A DNA stretch of 64,000 nt from Amphiscolops sp. MND2022 (taxonomy: Eukaryota): positions 96,598,001-96,662,000 of the forward strand of contig OZ076409.1 of the NCBI GenBank assembly GCA_964187785.1. The letters run 5' to 3'. Positions 38,521-51,636 of the stretch are shown piece after piece. Position numbers and translations under genes: made by a program. The notes below the pieces were generated by a model that was given only the letters and a program-made list of their open reading frames with translations, ran no database searches and had not been told where the DNA came from. Within the stretch, counting starts at the first letter, position 1; every line of letters starts with the position of its first letter.

Positions 38521-38745
38521 TCAGTCGGTGATGGATGCCGGGACTAAAGTGCTCTTGTGTCCGGCCACCACGTGTATGTGTCTCTTTCTCTCCTGCTCGG
38601 CACTCCCCATGATTGGGGGCACCCCTACACCTGCCACTGATGAGCCGAGGCCTCCCATGCCAGCACTGAGACTTTCCACCACAATGAGGCCAGAGCTGTC
38701 CAACAGTCTGTATGTCTGGCTCATGTCACAGATGTTCTGAGTCAC
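38521..38745 (-). CDS. MAP4K3: MAP4K3/5-like, last exon (end of CNH domain)
   Basis: VTQNICDMSQTYRLLDSSGLIVVES...HVVAGH resembles the GCK-I C-terminus VTQEISD..FRLLGSD.VVVLES..LYILAGH; TTTAG acceptor; TGA stop. Confidence 0.85.
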   Translation of the reverse strand: MTQNICDMSQTYRLLDSSGLIVVESLSAGMGGLGSSVAGVGVPPIMGSAEQERKRHIHVVAGHKSTLVPASITD

Positions 38746-38771
38746 CTAAAACCGGCAAATATGATACACAC

Positions 38772-39611
38772 TAAAGGTTCACCGGACAACAAGTCCGGTC
38801 AGGTATCCGGCCGCATTTCAGGAAAATGTACTGTCCGATATCCGGCAGGACTTTTTAATGTCCGGTCGGATATTATCCTAAAAAATAATCTTAAAAAATC
38901 GGAATATCTAACTTATAAAAAGTGTAGTGCATCAAAAAATTGAATTTGTGACCGTGAATCAAAATTCATTAAATTATGGCGGAGGGAAAATAGTTTTTCA
39001 CCACTCTGTGGTAAAAGTCTGCTTCGGTTTTTGTAATCCTCATTGCCCAATTCTGAAAACAGCCCTTCATCGCTTACAATTGAGGATAATGTCCGGTCCG
39101 GCGGGTACAGTGATGTACATTGATAGGAAAATTTAAAGGATCATTTAAAGGATCCTTTTAATTTTTATTCCTTTTTATGCCAATCCTTTAAAGGATTTTC
39201 CTTTAAAGGATTCCTTTTTACTATTAAAAAAATAGGTCACATGTCTTGTTTAAATCTTGTTCAAGTTTGAAGTAGAATAAATTTTGCAACAAGGCAATAT
39301 AAGAGACCGCGGATTTCTGCCAGCAATAATAGACGAATTAGACGAAAAATAGGTTAACTATGGACTCTGTCAAACTCAGACTACAATGCCTTTGTGATTA
39401 ATCTTCCTTAACCGTGATTGTAAAATTCCTTTATATTTTACAATTTATATTATAAAAATTTAAAGGAATCCTTTAAAAAAACTTTTCCTTTTTATCAAAA
39501 AAAGTACTTTAAAAAAAATAAAAATGAACATCACTGGGCGGGTATCCGGCTTCAATCAGTCCTGTCTGGTTGTCCGGTCGGACGGAAATTTTACTGTCCG
39601 GTGCACCTCTA
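38772..39611. mobile_element. hAT-type MITE carrying a nested MITE
   Basis: TIRs TAAAGGTTCACCGGA / TCCGGTGCACCTCTA; degenerate 8-bp TSD ATACACAC/TTTCACAC. Confidence 0.75.
39108..39536. mobile_element. Nested hAT-type MITE
   Basis: TIRs CAGTGATGT / ACATCACTG; perfect 8-bp TSD GGCGGGTA. Confidence 0.85.
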
Positions 39612-39619
39612 TTTCACAC

Positions 39620-39954
39620 CAGAGTTTTGACACCGCTAAGTAGCGGCCGCGAAGGACATTTTTAGCGATTTCATTAGCGATTCAAACAAACTAGCGGCAA
39701 CAAATAGAATGTCCAAAATCAATTTTTCTAAAACTATACACGGAGTATCAAAATGAATTTCGAAAAATTCCAACTTGTTAAATCCACACAGTATAAAAAA
39801 TTCTAGTCTGTTTTTCTTGCAAACTAAATTATGTTATCATTCAATTTTGAAAAATACTTAAAGTCGGACATTTAATAGTTTGAACAAAAACTTTCAGCCA
39901 AAGAGCGAATTTAAATTAGCGGATTAGCAGAATAAAAGCGATGTCAAAACGCTG
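39620..39954. mobile_element. MITE family with CAGAGTTTTGACA.CGCT TIRs (also ~54157, 56247-57239, 57527-57831, 60775-60845)
   Basis: TIRs CAGAGTTTTGACACCGCT / AGCGATGTCAAAACGCTG. Confidence 0.75.
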
Positions 39955-41022
39955 ATACACAGACTTACATAATTGATATACACCATAGATGCATTATCTT
40001 TTCTAGGTCGAACATTCAAACTTTTCTCGGCTGCTGTTCTTTTGCTGGTTCTCACGGCGAGAGCAATGAAAGAGTTACAAGTTCATACCTTGTCCTTGTT
40101 GAATTATGATTAATTTTGTAATTTATATTTCAACGAAATCAATCTACCTTTTTGAATGAATATTTTACAAGACCAAGTCAACGAAGCCAAGAGTTTGTCA
40201 GTGACATTTTTTGTTAGAATGGTTGAGCAATTGGAAGGAGAGTTTGTTAATATGCTTAGATTATTGACAGACCGGTTCAAATAGTCAAATCTAACTAATT
40301 AATGCAGTGCTGTGACTAGGCGAAACTAAACATGAGACGATGTTGCGATACCTTCCATTGGGAAACTTTCAATGGTAAATTGCAAATTTGTTACAAAAAC
40401 AAAGCTCACAATGGACCATATGTTCAATTTATGGTTAGGGGCCAATTGATACGTTTTTTCCAGCTTGTTTCAACGTAGATTTCTGCTATTTTGGACAATA
40501 TCAAAAAATTAGGGTGATTTTTTTGCCTGAAGTGTCAAAACAGTTGTAGAGACAATCCTCTCAGTATTTACATTCATATAATACTCATATTAGTGAAATA
40601 TTTTCATTCAAGAACAAAATGTGCTTTCGTGTTGGGGGAGAAATTCGCAACAAGGTGTACCTGGGGAGGAATAGAACACATGGTCCCTCAATTTTTTCAA
40701 CTTCTGCCTCAAAACACCATCTGTTGAATGTTCATCACATTCCCGAATTCCAAATAACTGCTCCCTGGGATTTTAAGGAACTTGAACCGTATGAAAATTG
40801 TTGAATGAAGGTTTGAAATGCCTTTTTTGTCGAAAAATCGGTTCAACCGATTCGGTTAAAACGTTTGAATCAGTTTTGGTTGAAAAATTTGTAGAATTAT
40901 TAATACCGCTTCTAGTCAAATGATATTGGTAATGCAATACTTGGTCCAAAACCTTTCCTGGCAATTTTTGTGGAATATTTGAAGAGAGGAGACTGCAATG
41001 ACCAACAAACAAGACGACTAAC

Positions 41023-41093
41023 TTGCGTGGTTTCGAAGCTCTTGCCAACCATGCCATGGTCGTGAAAAACAAGCACCGAACTGTCGAGAACAA
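41023..41093 (-). CDS. MAP4K3: MAP4K3/5-like exon (CNH)
   Basis: VVLDSSVLVFHDHGMVGKSF resembles VCLQDSVLAFWKHGMQGRSF; canonical AG/GT sites; phases fit. Confidence 0.85.
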
Positions 41094-42860
41094 CTGAAAC
41101 ACAAAACATGTGGCTCCACGCCATCGGCGAAATTAAATGAAATTACAGTACTGTGATTAAGAAATCGTCCCCCTATGCGCTAAGCGTGTTTATCAACCAA
41201 TTAGAATTGCGTATTTGCTCTCACTTTCAATTCTGATTGGCGGATCAAGTGAAATCTCCGGCGCAGAAAGAACACTTCTGCTATTTTCCCAGTTTTGGGC
41301 AGGTTTTTGGAATATTTTTCTGAAATTTTTAAATTCATCGAATTCTGCAGATTGTATAGAATTCAATGATATATTTTTGTTTCAAAAACATTCTAAATGG
41401 AAAAATAATCGCAGTTTTCCGCCGCAAAACGTTCATTTCCTATCGTAATACATGTAAATCGACGGAATTTTACCTTTCGAGCATGACATTTTGAAAACAG
41501 TTGATAATTTTTGAAATCTTAAAATACCCATAGATTCAGGGTATGACTATTCAATTTTCGAACAATCCTGGAATATCTGCCAGGATCTGTACAGATTCGC
41601 AGGGAGTGCTCAACATGGGTAAACAAGATGAAATTCTACGAAACTTTTATTTATGTGTTTCAAAATTCTCAACAGATTTTGAGAAAATCGAGCATAAAAT
41701 TGCCCCGGGGGACGTTTTCTTAATCACAGTACTGTATAGATACTTCTTGCAAATAACATCATTCAATTGCAATACCTAAAAGTGGGTAGTATATTTGAGG
41801 CCCGAAGTCAGATCTGTAAAATGTGCTTCAATATTCATGTCAAGAATTAAAACCTATAATGCCTCAATTATTAGCATTATCAACTTTGTTTTCTTAATTA
41901 TTTTCTTTCATCATTAAACAATTCAGTCTTCTTTTAGTTACGTTTTCGGGCCTCAATTACTAGGATAGATTTTTCGGGTCTCAGAAACAGTTCATTATCG
42001 GGGCCTGTTTTTCGGCGCTAAATAAACGTTCCTATAAAAGTATTCAAGAGAAGGTAGCGTTTTCGGTAATGTGTGGTAAATACCAGCTTAGGCGAAAATG
42101 TTAAAAACTCACGCCTATTAGATATTCAGTGCTGATTTAGATTGTTTTGAAACGTTTTACCATAAAAAACGGAATGCATGAAAATGTTTGAAATCTCAAA
42201 GTTTTAAATATTTGTCCAATCAACTCCGACCATTGCACTCTGCGCTTGTCAGTTATTCAATTTTGACAACTCTTCTCCGAAGCTAAGAAACTTTCAGAAG
42301 TTTGAACGAAATGACTGGTAAAGACGTTCAGTCTAAAAGTTCGTACCATTCTTTGAATTGTTGATATGATTACGTAATGAGAGGTTGATTGACAAAGATT
42401 AGTGCTAGGTACATTTCGTATCATTCGAGTTTTTTAAGCTGCCGGTTTTTGCCGATTTTTTTACCAATGGTCAATCTACCTATCTCCTTTGAGCCAAATT
42501 ACTTTTGAGGAAGCGATAGTAAGGAAAACGAAGTCAATTACGATGGCTTCATTTAATTTTGACGTGAAACTGTCACAAGCTGATGTTGCGCTCACGAAAA
42601 GTCTTGGACGGAATATTATCAAAATACCGGTAAACAAAAAACCATGAGGCGACATTTGTTATCAAGCGTTAAAAGTTATCGCGATTGACAGAAAAAGTGA
42701 TTATCAAAAATTTTTGTTTAATATTCACACGATTTCGAAGTGTGAATATTGTGTGCCTTCGGTTCTTTTTTGGTTCACTTAGTAATTATTTAGTGTTCTG
42801 TGCAATCAGAAACCCAACTAACTTAACATGTAAAGGCTTGAAAGTGGAAAGAGGACTCAC

Positions 42861-42956
42861 CAATGTTTCGTATTCGGATTCCCTCGAAGTCTAGCTTAAC
42901 GGCTCTCTTGCGCGTAGACTTGAGTTTACCCTCCAAATTGGTTATTCGTATGTAGG
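42861..42956 (-). CDS. MAP4K3: MAP4K3/5-like exon (CNH)
   Basis: YIRITNLEGKLKSTRKRAVKLDF resembles IKIVNLQGRLKSSRKLSSELTF; GTGAGT donor. Confidence 0.85.
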
Positions 42957-43243
42957 CTGAAAAATACAATTGAAGCAAGTTGTTTAAAAGGCATTAATTT
43001 CGTAAAAAATGAAAAAAAAAAAATCAAATACTTTTTTGAACAAAAATGGTTCAGTAATTCCTGCAGTTGAGTTTCTAATGTTTTTGATGATATTAATAAC
43101 CTAATTATTTAAGTGTAACAACTTGTCCACAAGACAATTCACTCAAAGCTTGTGGCATTAATAATAGAAATAAATTAAATCATTTGTATACCAATAGGAT
43201 GTGAAAACTAATTCGGAAATGGAAATGAGTTGAAGACTTGTGA

Positions 43244-43737
43244 TTTTTAGTCGGCGCTTCATGAAGTGAAACGCGACTATTATAGTGACTCTTTTTTTTT
43301 CTATCCACACGAACTGGCCAAAATAGTTCTACAAAAGTTCTACAAAATATTATTGCACCAAATTGCACTATTTGGTCTAGCGAACTGAACCAAAAAGGTT
43401 TGTCCTGTTTTTCCGCGTGACATACAATACCGGGCGAGACCAAAGGCTCCCCTTTCATTTTTTTCGGCACTGCAAGACTTTTTCGAAATTTTTTTCCCCA
43501 AAAGGTCCCCTTGCATTTTTTTTGATGTTTTGCGACAGAATGGATGTTGAAAAATCCCAAAGGGTCCCTTTCAGTTTTTCGGCATTGTGCGACTTTTCGG
43601 CGCGCCACTCGGTCCATTTTTTTTCGAAAAATTTTCGATTTTCGAGTACTGTAAAAGAGAATACTTGACACTTGGAAGTCTTTTTGCTATTTTTGAGCCT
43701 TGGATATGGCGCCGACTTGGGCCGGTCCCGGCTTGTT
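43244..43737 (+). mobile_element. H1 copy
   Basis: TTTTTAGTCGGCGCTT ... GGCGCCGACTTGGGCCGGTCCCGGCTTGTT. Confidence 0.75.
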
Positions 43738-43802
43738 TATCACACAGTGTACAATAACATGTTCAAGTTCATTAATGGCGGAGAAAATTTGCGTTAAAAT
43801 AG

Positions 43803-44211
43803 TAGGGGTGTGCGGTTAAGGAAAAATTCAACTCGCACAATGACAGCTTATTAATTGAAAAGTCGGCGAAAATCAATAAATTCTGAAAAGGTTAAAAATT
43901 CATTATTTCAAAAGATTTTCTTTGAGAAAAATTAACATTCTGAAAGTTGCTGGAGAAATACTTTGCCTCCCACTGGAAATAAAGTTACCTCGTCACTCCA
44001 TACTATAAATTGAACTATACTGAAGTTTGATTGGTTGAAAATCCGGAAATTATTAGATATTTGCAACTGAAACGATGCTGGAAAGATTACAAGCTTCCTA
44101 AAAACAGCCAATGAGGAGAATTCAGATTGATTCATTTACAGCGCTGATAAAACCAATGAATTAATATATTCTTTGGTTTTCAATGAAATATCGATTAATC
44201 GCACACCCCTG
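43803..44211. mobile_element. hAT-type MITE
   Basis: TIRs TAGGGGTGTGCGGTTAA / TTAATCGCACACCCCTG; 8-bp TSD TAAAATAG. Confidence 0.85.
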
Positions 44212-44488
44212 TAAAATAGAAGCTTCCATATACACTTTTAGCTTGTTCCAGAGGTGAATTTTTGTTTTTTTTGTCAGAAAAACATCATAGGGTCTTGATA
44301 TTTTTTTGTTGCAAGTGTCGAAACAACTCTAAAAGACTATACTCTAAGTATTAATAGCTATATCATTTTTTACATTCGCCCAAGAAGTTTTTTAAGCATA
44401 AAAGTTAGTTCCGTGTTGGGGGGGGGGATAGGAAACAAACATGGTCGGAGATCTGGAATAGTTCTGGTTCGACCATCAATCAACTTAC

Positions 44489-44557
44489 TTGGAAAACAAA
44501 TGAGGAGTGTATCTTTCTCTAACTGACGTACAGACACCACACATCGGTCGGGAGGCC
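44489..44557 (-). CDS. MAP4K3: MAP4K3/5-like exon (CNH)
   Basis: VVSVRQLEKDTLLICF resembles VTHVTQLERDTILVCL; GTAAGT donor. Confidence 0.85.
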
Positions 44558-44655
44558 CTGCAATTCAAATTGGTCAACGATGAACGGTGTCATTTGAACA
44601 TCTACATCTGTTTTCTACATCGTAACTATTTTTCGAAAATTCAATGGCTTAGAAT

Positions 44656-45122
44656 CAGAGGTATAAAAATTTATATTGTATTGCAATATATTGCAATTAA
44701 ATACAATTAACATATTTATTTAGTTGGAGCAAAAATACAATATATTTATTGAAATAAGGGAAACATTGTCAGAGCTCCACAATATATTGCGCAAAAAAAC
44801 TTATTGCAAAATAGAAATAAAATTTCATTTAATATGCATTTTGAACGGACTAGAAGTGAAAGACTATCAAGGGAGAACTTCACTAAGCTGTTCGCTAATT
44901 TCGAGAGTGTATACTATAGTCTATCTTTTATACAAATAAACAACATTGGGATGTTTGCCTTGTAAATGAATGTTTCTCTGCCCAATAAAATATTTCACAA
45001 TCTATTGTTTTTCTAAAATATTGCAGGACAATAAATACAATATATTTATTGCTGAAATTGAATCAAACAATATATTAATTTTTTTGACAAAATATATTTA
45101 AATACAATATTTCACAACCCTG
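44656..45122. mobile_element. hAT-type MITE
   Basis: CAG...CTG termini with AAATACAAT repeats; 8-bp TSD CTTAGAAT. Confidence 0.8.
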
Positions 45123-45671
45123 CTTAGAATTGAAATTTTTGAATTTTTTCAATCGGAGACTCTCTATAATCTCCCGAACCTACTGAATTGTTTTGATCGA
45201 GAATTTGTTTCGAATCAGAAACAATGCACTATTTTCTGTCTATAAGAACTGAAGTACATGTATCAAGATAGGCTATAAGATTTGCATTTAGAAAATCGAT
45301 GATTTTTATTTGAAACCGAAAAAGTTTTTCAATCAAATTATATCAGCATTCTCGGGAGATTTGGGGGCAAATGATTTGCTGAAAACTTTTCAAAATATTT
45401 TATTCAACTTTGTGAAAATCAAGGAAAAGCGGAAATCTGATGAAATTCAGTCAAAATTTCCAATTTCTAACTTTTGTAATTTTTGTCGCAGAAACTTCAA
45501 ATAAATATTTTTGTAAACTAAATAAAATTCGAAGAAACTTTTGATTCTGACCATTTTTTGTATTTGTGACAGTTTTAAAGATATTTGGATTTGAAAATCA
45601 CAATTTCAAGCAATGGAGTTGTTGCGATATTTTAGAACGCTACTGTTATCTATATTTAAATTTGTAATAAG

Positions 45672-46107
45672 CAGTAACCGCAAAAATAGTTATTTAACTA
45701 CAAATAACTATTTTAACTATTCTCTGACTGTCTAAAAATAACTACTTCAATTATTTCAACATCTTGATGACATTAAAAAGCTATTTTTGGCACAGATGCA
45801 GAAGACAAATTTCAGGAAGTTTTGCGAAAAAATGAACAATTGGACTATCTTCGCGAAAACAGTGAAAATATGCCTTATGCACCAACAACTAGTTGCGAAA
45901 TTGAGAGAATGTTTAGTACAATGAAAGCTATAGAGCTCATTTCACGCAATTTTACCTGTGAAAATTTGAAAAACTTGCTTTTTTTGAGATTGAAATGATT
46001 AACTATTTTGACTTAATTTAACTATTTTTTTTAACTATTTTTACATTCAAATTTAACTATTTAGTTAACTATAGCGAGGTTCAAAATAACTATTTTTGCG
46101 GTTCCTG
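45672..46107 (+). mobile_element. hAT deletion derivative retaining the transposase C-terminus
   Basis: TIRs CAGTAACCGCAAAAATAGTTATT / AATAACTATTTTTGCGGTTCCTG; TSD GTAATAAG; peptide YAPTTSCEIERMFS...ENLKNLLFL*. Confidence 0.85.
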
Positions 46108-46125
46108 GTAATAAGTAATACTCAC

Positions 46126-46223
46126 TTTTTGAATTAATTTCTAATTTGTGTGTGGAGCCGAGAGTCTGTGTGATGTTGTCGAGATTCAAAACTTTCACTT
46201 CGTAGTGGTTAGGATTGTCAGGA
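46126..46223 (-). CDS. MAP4K3: MAP4K3/5-like exon (CNH)
   Basis: TTTCAG acceptor, GTGAGT donor; phases match both neighbours; PDNPNHYEVKVLNLD. Confidence 0.75.
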
Positions 46224-46580
46224 CTGAAACACGCAACAAGCTTTAGAGTTAAAAGTGGAGTCGCTCTTTCACAAAAGATTGATGGTGCCAGGACATTTCA
46301 TCAGAGTTTTAAATGTTTTTTTTAAATGTTTGACTTCAAGTACCTCTCAAAAGTGTTTAGATTTTTGCAAGACTAACCTAATTTTTCATAATGTGTGGGT
46401 TTTACAAGAGTAAGAGTTGGAGTTTTTCGAGATTCGCTTTGAAACTCCGTGTATACTTTAGGAAAATAGGCCCCTCCGGGGCACACTATTATTTCTGCTT
46501 TAATCTTTCATTAATAATGGAATCATATCAGGAATACCAATACACTCCTGTTTACTCATTATTTAGCGCTTAATTAATCA

Positions 46581-46886
46581 GGTGAATTCCCAAATAACAT
46601 AAGAGCAAATAACATAAAACTGAAATTAGTTTCAAATAACATAAAAATGAAATGAGATTCAAAAAAATAAAATTGTTTACGAGAAAGTTTTAGAGGTCAA
46701 AAGCAATCACAATTCAATAGATTCACTGAAAAAAGTGTGCAATTTTACAGATAAAATTTTCTGAGTTCGGTTGTTTAACCGGGTAATCGGTTTTATTTTT
46801 GTTATTTGAAACTAATTTCAATTTTGTTATTTGAAACTAATTTTGTTTTTATGTTATTTGCTCTTATGTTATTTGGTACGTAATCA
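46581..46886. mobile_element. MITE nested in an R3 repeat
   Basis: Long inverted arms CCAAATAACATAAGAGCAAATAACATAAAA; ATTAATCA on both flanks. Confidence 0.7.
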
Positions 46887-47545
46887 TTAATCACGGTACC
46901 AGTTTAACCGCCTTTAAATCTCTGACTAAAGCAAATATAACTAAGCGTAGAAGAAGTTTCGCATTCGCATTTAAATGCAGGCGGAGCTCCCCGAGAACGA
47001 ATACTTGACACTCATTGGCTTCATCTCAATGACGTCAGCGTACCAATGCATAATTACCGCTCGCTATTTCCGCCCCACGAGAATTGAATTGTCGCCGGCA
47101 GCTTGAGAAATTTAATTTTCACGCTTACAGACACTGTCGAACAAAATATCTGAATTATTCAGTATCATGCGAAAAATTTTATTGAAAAAAAGTAGACATC
47201 TTCACATTTCAATAATATTCCTGCTATCTCAGAAAATAATAATAATAAATGCATTACGAAAATGGGGAGTCTTTCCTATCGATCAAATGAAATGAAATTA
47301 CTAAATTTCCAACACAAAGTTACAGATTTGTATATTTTTGGTAACGGTGAACTGGTTGATTCAATTTTTTGAATAATCATCGTCGTAGCAGAAACAACCT
47401 CTACGTCACGACACACAAAAAACGTTGAACTTCTTTTTGGAAGGTCTCCCCTTGAAAAGCCTGCGTGCCTGTGGGAGGTCTTTTTGGGATGTGTTGACTT
47501 TGTAAAGTTAACCAATGTAAGTGTATTTGAATCCTAATAAAATAA

Positions 47546-47749
47546 TTATTTTCCGCCCACGTATAATGGGGGAGGAAAATCGTAACCTACGTTGCGTTTT
47601 TTCCACATTACTACATTTAGTAATTTCTAGTCACCATGGCGCAGTTGGCAGTGCGTCTGCCTGACAGACACGAGGTCGTGGGTTCGAACCCGTGCTGATG
47701 CGTTACATTTGTAGCGGAAAATATCCCGGTGCTTAGCGGGCGTCTTGTT
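47546..47749 (+). mobile_element. H2 copy with tRNA-like module
   Basis: Same architecture as 37288-37561. Confidence 0.65.
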
Positions 47750-48546
47750 ATTATTATTAATATTATTAATATGTGCATGCCTGATTGACAACCATGACCT
47801 CCAAAATAATAAATGTTTGTTTTAAGTATCTTTCAAAATTGAATGATTAGCTAATTTGCAAGAAAAACATTTTATAATTTTTTATACTGTGTGGGTTTTA
47901 CAAGTTGGAATTTTTCGAAATTCAAAACTCCGTGTATCCTTCAGGAAAATTGATTTTGGACATTCTATAACATTGTAGTTGCCGCTGATATGAATCGCTT
48001 ATGAAATCGCTGAAAAATTCATGCGCAGCTTATTAACTAAATTGTGATTAGCGGTGACAAAAATCTGTTCCATCCTATAAAATTGCAACTTAATCATTTC
48101 AATTGCCCATAGTTTCAACCTATTGCATATTCAGCATTCCGACCTGAACTAATTTTGCCTTAGGGACCCTAATTTGTTAAATAATTATTTTAGGTCGTTT
48201 TCATTATCATACACTTCTCAATTCAAATGAGCTACATTTTGGTTTTGATACGTTTTGCTTCTTCGTAAATAATTACCATTAATAAAGGCTGTTTGATTCA
48301 TTACTAACTATTGTAATAAGAACCGGACGTTGAAAATTTGCAAATAGTTAACTCCAAAAACTAGACATTCAAAATTAAAATAGGACATTCAAGAATAGCA
48401 TAGTCTGTTATCATGCTACTGGAGAGGTAGAAAGAATGAAAATGCTGCTTCGAATAGAGGCGCAAACTTTCAATCTTAATTACAAGCTGAACGAGAGCAG
48501 TGGAATTTTGAATGTCGTTTTGCAAATCTTAAGCGTCCTACACTGT

Positions 48547-48874
48547 AACAAGACGCCCGCTAAGCACCAGGATATTTTCTTTACTTTTGGCCTTCACCAA
48601 CTGAGCCATAGCTATTTTGGGAGGGGGAATAGGATCTAAAGAATAAGATCTAAAATTAAGTGATTTTAGATCTTATTCCCGTCCTGAAATTTTAGATCTT
48701 ATTCCCTTTAGATCTTATTCCCATTTTTACTTTAGATATTATTCCCTCCTCTCAGTAGGGAGGCTGAGTAAGTGGAGTTAGTATAAGGTGGAGTTTTGGC
48801 AAAATTTGGAAAAAAAAACGCAACACAGATCATGATTTTCCTCCCCCATTGAAAATGTGGGTCGGAAAATAATA
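48547..48874 (-). mobile_element. H2 copy with GGGAATAAGATCTAAA repeats (sister copy 59512-59877 on +)
   Basis: H2 termini; internal short repeats in both orientations. Confidence 0.65.
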
Positions 48875-49710
48875 ACAACCGAATTAGGACTAAATATCCA
48901 AAATTAGTTTAGATTGAAATTGCATATGGCGAAATGTCATGTAACCGCATTTTTATCTGACTCGAGTTCTGGAAAGAAGTATTTTTAGCAATTTCGAACA
49001 CTCGTTTATATGAGCATCAGAAGTGTTGCATTACGGACATAAATAATTAAGAAGGTCCCCAGAAAAGACGGAAAATTAGTTAACAAACAACATTATAATT
49101 GGCTTCTCCAAATAAAACATCAATCCTGATTTATTTGCAAGATATACATTTCTGTTTTTTTTTAAAAAAATAAAACGATTGCAAGAATTTTACAAAGAAT
49201 TTTACACCTTCCGAGATCTTGCAGGGAAGTTAATTTTTCTAAGGATTCTTATAATTTTGCAAGGGATTTATCATGAACAAGGACCCAGATATTCTTCCTA
49301 GGTGTAAAGAAAGTGCATTGCTCTGCAAGAACTTGGCAGATTCGAGAAAGATCCTAGCAAGAAACAACTTTTTACCCAGAGCCGCATAACTAAAATTGAA
49401 TCCTATTGACAGGGTTTGAGAAAATCGAAAAAAGTCCAAAAATGGCTTATTTTTGGGCTACTTTTGGCTATGTTTCTCAGATCCCATTCATACGATTTTG
49501 ATGTCACTACGTACACAGGAGCACCTTTGGGTGTAGAATGAATGTGCTAAATTTTACGAAAATCTCGTATGGACAGTTTCTGAGAAATTTGAAATTTCCA
49601 TTGAAAGGTCGGTAAAAAAACGTCACGATTGCATAAGTAGTCGAAAACTTTTTCCGAATCCTAAAAATTGAGGAGAGAGAATTGAGATGTGATAGAAAGG
49701 ACAGACAGAC

Positions 49711-49814
49711 TTTTCTTCGACGTCGTAGCACAGGTAAGGGTAGTCTGTTTTGTCAGTGATGAGCAGGGTCATTATCGAGAGAGGCCTCTGGAACGCGTCT
49801 TCTAATCTGATGCT
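49711..49814 (-). CDS. MAP4K3: MAP4K3/5-like exon (CNH)
   Basis: RPLSIMTLLITDKTDYPYLC resembles PLRMFEMLVVPEQEYPLVC; splice phases fit. Confidence 0.8.
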
Positions 49815-50876
49815 CTGAAACAACATGCACAATTAGTAGCCGTCCTGCAATCCTATCGTTTATTCTCCCCCCCTTCCTTGTTCCAGTTCTCATTCAAAAG
49901 CAGCCACACCACACCTTCTGATTCTGTTCAACTGCTGTATTTTTCTCACTAACTTAATGGATAGAGAACAATATGCGTTTCAAGGTATTGAATGATGGAT
50001 CAAATTTGGTTGGGAACTGAAATTGAAACGATACAAAAATTATCAAAAACGTTCCAATCTCAGTCTATTTCTCCCTTCGCATCACTGAAACCTTACACAA
50101 AACCAAATCGAATTAGATAGAAAAACAAAAGTTTTTTTCAGTTCAAAATTGATTAGGAAATGATATATCAGACATTCAGTAGGATCTTCAAGTCACATTC
50201 TTCCAAGTCAGGACTGTAGCTACCGTTCGTTTTTTCCGAGCTAGGTCATAGGATCACAACAAAAGATTTGCCAATTTTTTCAAGCCACGCAGACAAGACC
50301 GATGACGTTTTATCCTCTCCTCCTCGCAAAGTAAATTGAGTGTGGCGAAGAGTGCCCCGCCCAGGGGCGGAAATAAAACACGGAGTGAAATCGCGTGAAA
50401 TTCCATGTAATTCGACTAATCAAATCACGCCGTGATATAGCATGAAATTACAGCTCAATAAGTAAAATAGCGTGTAAAATAACAATTACCGCCATCGTAT
50501 ACCCCTTTTATCGTTAATACATACTAATTTAATCACTTAACTGATTTATTTCTTCCCTCGTCTTCTGCGTCGGAAGAGCGAACATTCTCGTATTTCAATA
50601 AATTGCTGAGCGAAGAAAGGGAAAATATGGATGAAACTACCATAAAACACCTTTTGTTTCTTTATGTCATTGCAAAATTTTTTGAATAAATATGTGTTAA
50701 TTGATACTTTTTTGGGTGAAAAAGCGTGTGTTTTATACATTTTCCGTAATTTTTCCGTGTAATTTGTTTGAATCTAACGTGAAATTTTCCGTGATTTTTC
50801 AGTTGTCATGTCCGTGTAATATTACCGCCCCGGTGCCCGCCGTACATGCACAAGTGTCGATTCGATTACTACTAAC

Positions 50877-50971
50877 ATGGAGTTCTTTGAATTTGTTCTC
50901 GTACCACTGGAAAAGAATGAACCGGTCCACCTGTTGCGTGCACATGAAGTGGGTGTCATTGAAGGTCTTGG
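50877..50971 (-). CDS. MAP4K3: MAP4K3/5-like exon (CNH)
   Basis: HFMCTQQVDRFILFQWYENKF resembles YLCGALQTSIVLLEWVEPMQKF; phases fit. Confidence 0.8.
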
Positions 50972-51192
50972 CTGAAAGCACAACGGCAACTACAGTCTGT
51001 TACGGCAAATTGACAACAATTTGTATACTTTTATTACGTTTTACCAACACAAAAAATTTTATATAAATTTTACAAGAGATCAACAACACGGCTAAATTTT
51101 AATCAACAGAAATTAGGCCAGATCTCGCGAATCTAAGTTTCCGGAAATCACAGCTTCCGGTTGGTATAAAAAAGCTGAAGTTCAGTCACTTG

Positions 51193-51424
51193 TTATTTTC
51201 CGCCCCCACAATTTGTGTAGGGGAGGAAAATTATAATCTGTGTTGCGTTTTTTTTTCCAAATTCTGCCAAATCTCCATATTATTTATGTAACTCTTTGAG
51301 GTACGATACCTCAGTTGGTAGTGCATCTGCCTATCAATCAGTAGGTAGAGGGTTCGAACCTTGCCTCCGCCTGATTTTCTTTGACAAGGCGGAAAATATC
51401 CCGGTGTTTAGCGGGCGTCTTGTT
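51193..51424 (+). mobile_element. H2 copy with a different tRNA-like module
   Basis: H2 termini; internal TACCTCAGTTGGTAGTGC...GGTTCGAACC. Confidence 0.65.
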
Positions 51425-51563
51425 GTTGTTCATAAAACTTGATTTGAAAAATGTCGATTTTGCCGTAACAGACTATTATTGTCACGTCAGTTGATTGTGA
51501 GTCTAACTAATGCCTGTTGTGAACACAGAATAGGCAGAGAACGACTCAGATGATGCAAAAAAA

Positions 51564-51636
51564 GTGGACACTAGAGAGAATCGAACCCGTTCCTCATGCA
51601 CAGGAAACCAATGATCTAACCACATTGCCAACTGGC
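51564..51636 (-). pseudogene. tRNA-derived remnant (not a functional tRNA)
   Basis: A-box-like TGGCAATGTGG and B box GGTTCGATTC at tRNA spacing; no clean cloverleaf. Confidence 0.45.

Noticed and set aside
47630..47700. Functional tRNA gene
   Set aside because: Anticodon loop and acceptor/T stems are malformed, and it is embedded in a repeat.
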